Below, piece by piece: positions 49,332 to 64,000 of a DNA stretch of 64,000 bases. The notes below the pieces were generated by a model. That model had not been told where the DNA came from, ran no database searches, and saw nothing but the letters and a program-made list of their open reading frames with translations. How positions within the stretch are numbered: position 1 is the stretch's first letter; each line of letters opens with the position of its first letter. Position numbers and translations under genes: made by a program. Source of the DNA: the human T2T-CHM13v2.0 reference genome, Homo sapiens; assembly GCF_009914755.1 (NCBI RefSeq), contig NC_060930.1, one strand, 5' to 3'.

Positions 49332-50046
49332 TCATGTTGACATCTAATCATCAATTTACTTGTCTGTCCCCTACATGATTACAAGCTTCTTTGGTCAGGG
49401 ACTGTTTTGTAGGTGCACATCATAATGCCTAGAACTTAATATACTTGTACCAATAAATATGTTTGCCTAATAAACAATAGAAAAATACTGTCAGGTAGTA
49501 GAGGCTCTATACCACTTGCTTGGTGGTTAATTCAGAATTTGAGGCTCTAACTTAGATTATTCCACAATCTAAGAAACTTCCAAACTCCAGTATTTTATAA
49601 TTCAGTGAATGAGGGATAAAAGGTCCTCAAATTTTAATTTACCACTGACTGCTCATGACTTAACAATAATAACAAATATCTACTTGCAGAGAACTACCAG
49701 CAGGAGTCTTAAAGACACCTGTAAAGTATAAACAAAGTAAATAAAGGCAAGAAAGGGAAATATAAATTCAGCAACATTTTGAGTTATAAATACTGGGTTT
49801 TTTGTTTGTTTGTTTGTTTTAGAGAATGGGGCTTAAAATGGGAGTGTAGATTAAAGTTGGCATTTTAAAACCAATGTCCCTAAATTAAATTACTAGTATG
49901 TCAATTGCATGTCAAAAAACAGGACTGTTAAATAATGCACATTTCAATTCAAAGGCTTTCATCCAGATAAATTGGGCCATGAACTTACTATTAATGCCTC
50001 GCTCATCTGTATTTCAACAGCAATGCCCTAGAGTATACAAATACAT

Positions 50047-50418
<372 letters not shown>

Positions 50419-50919
50419 TAAATACTGGAAACCCATACAGTATATACTGTACCTCTAACTAAGAAAAATAACTATACATTTTACTTTTGATAATATCACT
50501 CTCACTGCTCTCACTCTAAAATCCAATACATATTTTAACAACAATCTATAAATCTGCCCCAAGATGGTCAGTATTCTTAGAAACACACATGACTAACGGC
50601 AGGACACATCACATGTAGGAATACTTTCGCCAGGGAAGAAATGGATCCTCCACTTACGGAAATGTTCAGTGGTAGAAAGTACACTGGAATTATAATGCAA
50701 AGGATTTTGCTGTAACTCTAACACCTGCTCATTGTGACGGTCACAGAGCTTCAGTCTCCTCACCTTTAAAATGAAGGGGTTGAACTAGAACAGGATTCCT
50801 CAAGGAATGTTCATTGAAAAAGTAGATCTAAAAATCAGTCCTAAAAAGGAAAAATAAAAAGTCTCCATGGTGAAATAAGATGAAGCAATGCTCTCACTAT
50901 AGCAATGCACAGCAGGATC

Positions 50920-51553
50920 CAGCTGCTCCTCTACTCACAATGGGGCTACGTCCCAATAAACCCGTCGTAAGTTGAACAGATCATAAGCCAAAAATGCATT
51001 TAATACACCTACTTTTTTTTTAGATGGAGTCTTACTCTGTCACCCAGGCTAGCGTGCAGTGACACAGTCATGGCTCACTGTAGCCTCAAATTCCCAGTCT
51101 CAGGCTATTCTTCTGCCTCCCTTTATCAAGTAGCTGGGACTGCAGGCATGTGCCACCACACCCAGCTCATTTTTTTTTTTTTTTAATTTTTAGTAAAGAC
51201 AAGGTCTTATTGTATTAACCAGGCTGGTCTTGAATTCCTGGCCTCAAGCAATCCTCCCACCTCAGCCTCCTACAGTGCTAGGATTACAAGCGTGAGCCAC
51301 CACGCCCAGCCCACCTAACCTAGTGAACATCATAGCTTAGCCCTCGCCTACCTTAATCATGCTCAGAACACTTAAATTAGCCTACAGTTGGGCAAAATCA
51401 TTTAACACAAAGCCTATTTGACAATAAAGTATTGGCTATCTCACGTAACGTATTGAATAAATTATTTTATACTGCCATATGTGTATCACTTCAGCATCTT
51501 CACAAGGTTGGAACATTATAGGCCAAACCCTCGTAAGTCAGAGACCATTCGTA
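50920..51553 (+). mobile_element. MER47A (TcMar-Tigger) split by antisense AluJ (51013-51311)
   Basis: GCTCCTCTACTCACAATGGGGCTACGTCCCAATAAACCC...AGCCTACAGTTGGGCAAAATCAT. Confidence 0.8.
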
Positions 51554-52060
51554 CCTGAGAATCTGACAGGTCCTTCAATGAAGAAAATCTTCTGGCTATG
51601 ACCTGGGATTTCCCATAGTTATTTGACTACATAATCTTTGTCTCCCCTTACCTTTATTAAAATCTTAAAGTACTAGCAACATGTGAGATACCTTTGGAGA
51701 AACCATGACCTAAATAAGCACTAGTATTTTAAGCTGTTTGTAATCTTTGATAAGTGAGTCAATAGGAAGCTAAAATATCCAAGTAAATGAAAGAGACATT
51801 AATGGGAGAAAATTAATCATATGACAATATGGTGAACTAGAAAGCAGATGGTCCTTCCATTAGAACATAGCTAGATCCTGGATATATTGCAACAATATTT
51901 TCAATACTCTGTTGAGCACACGAGAGAGTAGAGGGCTCTCCAGACAGGGTGAGGCAAAACTGAAACCAAACAGAGAGCAGTAATGTAGAGTTGCCCCTGC
52001 CACCATGGAATTGGAAGACGGAGCTTGAAGGTGTCTGACATGTTGAATCTGCAACACCCA

Positions 52061-53115
52061 TTTTTTTTTATTATACTTTAAGTTCTAGAGTACATGTGCA
52101 CAACGTGCAGTTTTGTTACATATGTATACATGCGCCATGTTGGTGTGCTGCACCCATTAACTCATCATTTACATTAGCTGTATCTCCTAATGCTATCGCT
52201 CCCTGCTCCCCCTACCCCATGACAGGCTCTGGTGTGTGATGTTCCCCTTCCTGTGTCCAAGTGTTCTCATTGTTCAATTCCCACCTATGAGTGAGAACAC
52301 GTGGTGTTTGGTTTTTTGTCCTTGTGATAGTTTGCTCAGAATGATGGTTTCCAGCTTCAACCACGTCCTTAGAAAAGACATGAACTCATCATTTTATATG
52401 GCTGCATAGTATTCCATGGTGTATATGTGCCACATTTTTTTAATCCAGTCTATCACTGATGAACATTTAGGTTGGTTCCAAGTCTTTGCTATTGTGAATA
52501 GTGCCACAATAAACATACGTGTGCATGTGTTTATAGCAGCATGATTTATAATCCTTTGGGTATATACCCAGTAATGGGATGGCTGGGTCAAATGATATTT
52601 CTAGTTCTAGATCCTTGAGGAATTGCCACACTGTCTTCCACAATGGTTGAACTAGTTTACACTCCCACCAACAGTGTAAAAGTGTTCCTATTTCTCTACA
52701 TCCTCTCCAGCACCTGTTGTTTCCTGACTTTTTAATGATCGCCATTCTAACTGGTGTGAGATGGTATTTCATTGTGGTTTTGATTTGCATTTCTCTGATG
52801 ACCAGTGATGATGAGCATTTTTTCTTGTGTCTGTTGGCTGCATAAATGTTTTCTTTTGAGAAGTGTCTGTTCATATCCTTTGCCCACTTTTTGATGGGGT
52901 TGTTTTTTTCTTGTAAATTTGTTTGAGTTCTTTGTAGATTCTGGATATTAGCCCTCTGTCAGATGAGGAGATTGCAAAAATTTTCTCCCATTCTGTAGGT
53001 TGCCTGTTCATTCTGATGGTAGTTTCTTTCGCTGTGCAGAAACTCTTTAGTTTAATTAGATCTCATTTGTCAATTTTGGCTTTCGTTGTCGTTGCTTTTG
53101 GTGTTTTAGTCATGA

Positions 53116-53117
<2 letters not shown>
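52061..53117 (-). mobile_element. L1PA 3' end (minus strand)
   Basis: PolyT at 52061, 3'UTR and ORF2 C-terminus. Joins plus-strand L1 at an AG microhomology (53116-53117). Confidence 0.93.
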
Positions 53118-57695
<4,578 letters not shown>

Positions 57696-57699
57696 ATTT

Positions 57700-58330
57700 A
57701 AAGAGCTGATGTCATAACAATATGTTATCTGAAAACAATGGAACTTATTAATAAATCAAAAACAAATGTAAATGAAAAAATCCTCTTACACGTGGAAATA
57801 AGCCTTGAGTCAAAACAAAATTAAAATGTTAAGATATTCAGAATAATGAAAGTTTTACATACCAAAAATTTGGAGATGCAGCTTATAGCACTATATATTC
57901 ATATTAGTAAGAAAGAAAAGACTAAAGTTTCCTGAGGTAAACATTCACCTCAAGAAATTTAGATCAGAATAATAAAGTCAAAGAAAGTAAAAAAGATAAA
58001 AATAAGAATAAAAAGTAATAAAATAGAAAGCAAAGACAAAATTAAAAAGCCAAATATGGTTCTTAGAATGTGTGTGTGTATACATATACATATATACACA
58101 CATACATATATACATATATACACAATGTACAAATGTATCTATACGATATATATATAAAATTGGTAAGCCTATATACTATTGCTCAAAGAAGAAAAAAGAT
58201 TAAAAAGCACAAATAAAATTGGGAAAGAAAAAAGGGGCATAGCCATAGATTCACATGAGAGTAAAAGACCATATCAATGATACCAATAAATTTGAAAATA
58301 TAAAACTGACCAGTTTCCAGAAAAGTATAA
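57700..58330 (+). mobile_element. Old L1M ORF2 fragment with (TA/CA)n simple repeat
   Basis: A-rich degenerate L1. Simple repeat at 58069-58157. Confidence 0.55.
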
Positions 58331-58547
58331 TTTTTTGGATATATGGGAACATTACCATGGTTCTAAAAGTCAGAGCTCCATAAAAAGTTACTCAAAAAAG
58401 TATTGCTCCCCGTTCATTCCTATGACCATATCCCCACTCCTGCACTCTTTCTACCTCATTCCCTTCTACTCCCTGTAGCTAATCAATCTCATTGTTTTTT
58501 TCCTTCCTGTGTTTTCTTATAGCCCTTTCTTACATGAATCAACAAAT

Positions 58548-58771
58548 TAGGGATCAGCAAATGAAAGCCTGAGGGCTGTATCTAACCTGCTGCCTGTTTT
58601 GTAAACCAAGTATGATTGGAACCCAGTCTCAGTACCCTTCCCGGTAGTATGGGCTGTGATGGCTTTCACACTACAACTGCAATTGGGTAGTCTCCACCAA
58701 GAACATGTGATCTACAAAATCTAAAATATTTGCCACCTGGCCCTTTCCAGAAAAAAGTTAGCTAACCAGTG
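58548..58771 (+). mobile_element. MER58A-like hAT element
   Basis: AGGGATCAGCAAA...CTAAAATATTTGCCACCTGGCCCTTTCCAGAAAAAAGTT. Confidence 0.7.
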
Positions 58772-59757
58772 TTCTAGATGCTCTTTTATCCTTTGCTTTT
58801 TAAATTTCATATATCCTGGAAATTATTCCATACCGGTTCACAGAGACATTCTTTATTCTTTTCTCCAGCTGCATAGCACGGCCGTCTATGTGGATGCATC
58901 ACGGCTTATTCGACCACCCTCCTATACATGTGCATTCGGGTTATTGCCGATAGTTTGCACGTACAGCCAACGCTGTGAAAAATAATAATGTGGTATTACA
59001 GATCTTTTTTAAACTTCCCCCATACAATTTCTCATAAATATCCAGAAAGAAAACTAGTTTTCATTTGCTACACAAAAACTGATTCAAAGCAGATTTTGAA
59101 TAATTTTTTCATTGTTGTTTCTTTAAGCTTTTATTTTGCCTCCTGGTTAAAACCTCAAAAATGAGGGCAGGATCAGGAAGAGAAATGTAACGTGGGCCAT
59201 GCATAGGCTCTCCTGGTACGTTGTAGCCTTGTGAGGCCTCTGGGGGAATGGCCATGCACAGATGACAGGCGAGGTGTCATTTATACCCAATTCCAGTAGT
59301 AAAGAGAGTCCAGTGACACAGCACTATTTTGAATGTTTCCCCATGTTTATGTTTTGATTGAGAAGGGAGTTCTCAGTGCATTGTTTGTGCTTCTGTTTTG
59401 ATTATAAACGATGGATGGAAACTAATTGTGATAGAATACAATAAAACAAAAAAGAGGTAAATGCCTTGAGGTTAGGGACTATCTTTTCTTTTTTGTTTTT
59501 TTCCTCCAATCTCTTGTATCACCTTATTCTACCCACAATTGTGCTATGCTCCGTAGAACTTGGTTATCACTTGTCTACATATGTAGAAACTTCTCCTCTC
59601 TGGTTAGCTTGACATGGAGTAACATAGTGCCAAAAGAAAATCCTCAGGTTGCTTGAATCTGTCTATATAGTATAGTCCTGATAACACTTTTAGAAACACT
59701 GATGCGGAAATAGAGACAAAGTGATTCCCCTTTATTTTTTGCATATATAAAACTTCT

Positions 59758-60060
<303 letters not shown>

Positions 60061-61926
60061 TTAAGGCAGACGACCTTTGCCTTGTATTTTAGGTTAATTA
60101 TTTATTCCTCCACAGACAAAAATATTTTTAAATTTTCTGTTCAAACTTCCAATTTCATAGATGCCTATACTTTTCCAAAGTAAATTTTATATCAATCATT
60201 TTTCTTTTTTCATCATCATTCTTGGTTGGTTTTTAAAAAATCACTCGTTTATCTTCCTCTTTCCGTCCATATTGCCAATGGATTTACTCAAACTCTTTGT
60301 TGCTTTCCTTCTAGATTATCATGGCCAAAGTTTAAGAAAAACAAAGACCAGATCTGTGACCCTTAGATGAACCCTGGGTCTCCGTGGAAGTCTGATCCAG
60401 GCAGGGTGATTAGTCACAGTACTGCTTGCAGTCTACTGATTAGTTTTTCTGTCACCCTAATCAAATATAAGCTTATTTAATTCTTATAACAGCATCTTGA
60501 GATAGTATAATGACCAGTTTACTAAAATTCAAATGCATTTGCTAATCTGGAAATTGAATGTAGGGGGGAAAAGCTACCTTTTTTGTAGTCATCTGGTTTA
60601 CTTGAATCATCTCTGACCATTAGTTTTCTGGGGATTTTTCTCTATTATTGGCCCAGAGGGTGAAACGTATAACACAACAACAAACTTCCCTACAGCCAAC
60701 AAACCCACAACCAATAAGACCAAAAAATGTAGAAGTGTCAGTAGTTCTTGAAAACATAATAGCAAATCAACTGTGTCAAGTTCAAGGAAATTAAGGAAGA
60801 AAAAAAAAACAAAACAAAACAGAGCAGCCAAATGGATGAAAACCTCAATTCATTTTCAAAAAAGAAAGAAGTAAAAGAATAAAGTAGAAAATATAAATAC
60901 TATTCTATTCTCAGCTCTGAAATACCTAAAGAAGTTTTATAGATAGCTAATCTGATCTTCAGAAATTGTAGTCAGTGTTTGTAATTAACATCAGTCTATA
61001 AAAGTTCTGAACAGGAGAATATGAGATGGTTAAAAACTCATGGAAATAAAAGGAAGTGTTCTGTCTTTTAGTGTGAAAAATAAATAATTCATGAAAAACA
61101 AATGAGCATACGCTGTGGAGATCTAAAAAAAAAGACTGTGATCCTTAAAAATCTACAGATTTTAGAATTGAAATACAACAGCTTTCTAGAGTTGAAATAT
61201 GACAGCATTTCTGTAAGCCATTATAGCAGGTAAAGGCTATTGGCTCTATAGGCTAAGCATGTCTTCATCAGCTGTAAGTCACAGCAGAGACCACTATTTC
61301 ATGCCACTCCTCAGTGAGTCCTTTTGTAAGTCAGCTAACAATCTCCTAATTTACTTTTGAAATAACACAAAGCTGATTCAAATAACTCTGTAATATTGGA
61401 TTAACCAATGTGCTGTGGGAATTCAGAGGAAATAGTGATTCATTCTAATTCAGGTGGAGGGCAGGAAATTACAGAATATTACCACAGGGTGGCTTTTATG
61501 CAGTTCTTCAAAGATAGGCAAATCTGACAACTATTGTCTTGCTTATGCAACACATATGCATAGAAAAATTACAAAATGTGGATCCTCAGAAATAAAATCC
61601 ATAGTCCTATGGAAAACCCTAATTTCACTACTTAGAAAAAAAAGTGCTTCTATATGCAGATATGCAAATTTATAATAAACATGCAGTTTTCTCTGTGTGT
61701 GTGTGTGTGCATGTAGAGAGAGAGAGATGGGATCTCACTATATTGCCCAGGCAACACACCTGGCCTAAATATGCAGTTTCCTGACACATTTCTTATAATA
61801 TGTTGTGAACATGTTTGCATCTTTCTTTCAGGTGATAATATATCCTTATATGTTTATATCTTAAATTAGCCAGATCTCATTTTGTAGACATTTTCTTTCC
61901 AGTTGTTTGTTGGTATAGACATGTAA

Positions 61927-62310
<384 letters not shown>

Positions 62311-62359
62311 TAGGAGGAATCCCTAGAAGTGGATTTGCTGAGGGCTGACACCAGAGTTA

Positions 62360-63177
62360 CCAATGTTCTCTTTTCTCTAAAATCTATTAACTTGTTCCGA
62401 CTATATCACCTTCTTCATGACATGTCACTGTCCAGCTACTGCACCATTTCTCTGTTCCATTTTCAAGCAGAATAACCCTAGGTGTTTAAAGAATCTCCAA
62501 TTCTTCTCCTTTCTCTCTTAAAATCATTCTAATCAGGCTTTCCCCCCAGCCACTCCATCAAAACTCCTCTTGTCCAAATAACCAACCATCATGCCCCCCC
62601 CCCACATATATACACATACTCACATTGTGTCAAATCCAATATGAAATCTCATTCATCATCTTACTTGATCAGACAGTAACTTTTGAGATAGATGATCATT
62701 TTCCTCTTCCAGATACATTTTCTCACTTGGATTCCAGGACACCACACACTCTTGGTTTCCCTTTCAGCTCACTGGACACTCACTTTGCCTCCTCATCCTA
62801 TTGACCCACATTATCTGGGTGATCTCATTAAGTCTCCTAGCTTTAAAAACCATCTCCTTGCCTATAAGTTCCAACTAGTGTCTCTTGTCTAGTCCTCACC
62901 CTTAAACTAAAACACAAATATCCAAACTCATACACACTGAAAACTTACCATATCTATTAACAACTCCTGATCTTTATTCCTCCTGCTTTAAAAAACAAAA
63001 CCCCACCCCAATCTTTCCCTTCTCTGTAAATAACAATGGCCATCCCTGCAGCTGCTCAAGCCTAAGACCTTAGAATTATTCTAAATCATTCTTTATCTTA
63101 CACCACCTTCAGTTTTTCAAGAAATCTTATTGTCTCTATCCCTAAAACATATTTAGAATCTAGACTCTCACCACTTT
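62360..63177 (+). mobile_element. L2 fragment
   Basis: CAGGCTTTCCCCCCAGCCACTCCATCAAAACT...TCTCATT..ATCTTACTTGA L2-like motifs; continues after the LTR. Confidence 0.6.
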
Positions 63178-63975
63178 TGATGCAGGATTTTTGACCCCTT
63201 TGCGGGACTCATGACAGGGGTGTCCATTTACTCAGCCCATCCCATTTGGTCCCTCGTGGGAGGGAGCATGTAGGCAAGCAAGTGCAGGAACTGGCCAGCC
63301 GCTTTAGTGCCAGCAGTACCAAACCTCAAGGCCCCAGAGGGTGTGTTACAATGATCTCTTAGCTCCACCATCTGCAGACAGCAGTGTGTTATCAGCTCAG
63401 TGGGCCCCTTTGCCTTGTCACATGGGGTGGCTGCCTTTCACCAGCAAGGGCAAAGGGCCAGTGTGACAGTCTTTTTGGGTACCTTCACTTGGTGGGTCCC
63501 GAATTCTTGTCTGGTGCCCAAGAAGAATGAGGTCATGCAGACCAAATGAAGGATGGGGAAAGTGAAGAATTTTATTGAGCAGTGAAAGTGGTTCTTAGTA
63601 AAGAGGGGAGCTGGAAAGGCAATGGGAAGGGCAGGTCACTCTCCCCTGAAGTCAAGTTGCCTCTCTTAACATCCAGCCATTGTCTCTGAAGTCAAGTGAC
63701 CTCTCAATGTCCAGCTGTTTCTCCTCTTTACCAGTTGAGTCTCGGGTCTTTATAGGCACAGGATCAGGGGGAGCAGACCACAGGTAGTTTTGGAAAAGGC
63801 AATATTCGATTGGTAAAAAGACATTCTTCAGAAAGAACCAATCAGGAGAGAGCAGGCAAACAGGGAGAGAAGTTCTCACTTTGAGCGATGGGTTTCAGGT
63901 TTTTGGGCTTGAAGCTGGGGCTTTACAAGGGACCTACCCCTGTCTGCCTAGTTTCTCTGCCTCCTGTCTCCATCA
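63178..63975 (-). mobile_element. ERV1 solo LTR (LTR27/LTR28/LTR1/MER52 group)
   Basis: TGA...TCA termini, 4-bp TSD CTTT (63174-63177 and 63976-63979). Minus-strand TATA, CCAAT boxes and AATAAA. Confidence 0.8.
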
Positions 63976-64000
63976 CTTTTACTGCTCCTACTCTGGTCTA

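Overview
Human (primate) genomic DNA containing the 3' end of ARFGEF3 (BIG3/KIAA1244) on the + strand, followed by repeat-rich intergenic sequence. Nine GT-AG coding exons (2275-24972) splice in continuous frame to 777 aa plus TAG. A ~8.2 kb 3'UTR ends near the AATAAA cluster at 33078-33137. Most ORFs in the supplied track are Alu, L1 or antisense artefacts. Repeats include ~27 Alus, several L1s (two with inversions), two solo HERV-H LTR7s, another ERV1 solo LTR, MaLR LTRs and DNA-transposon fossils. I see no convincing new gene or new multi-gene system. The best leads are: (1) a tandem in-frame 3' splice site that would switch a junction-encoded PP1-docking motif (KSVSF) on or off; (2) a ~310 bp gene-conversion tract between inverted L1s 11 kb apart, inside a chimeric L1 with two poly(A) tails; (3) an Alu inserted into a splice acceptor whose target-site duplication (TSD) now supplies the branch point; (4) inverted Alus flanking the 1219-nt exon, a circRNA architecture; (5) an AT-to-GC-biased, CpG-dense patch in an old L1; and (6) an older MLT2 fragment captured inside a younger THE1. 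Repeat subfamily calls come from recalled consensus sequences and need RepeatMasker confirmation.
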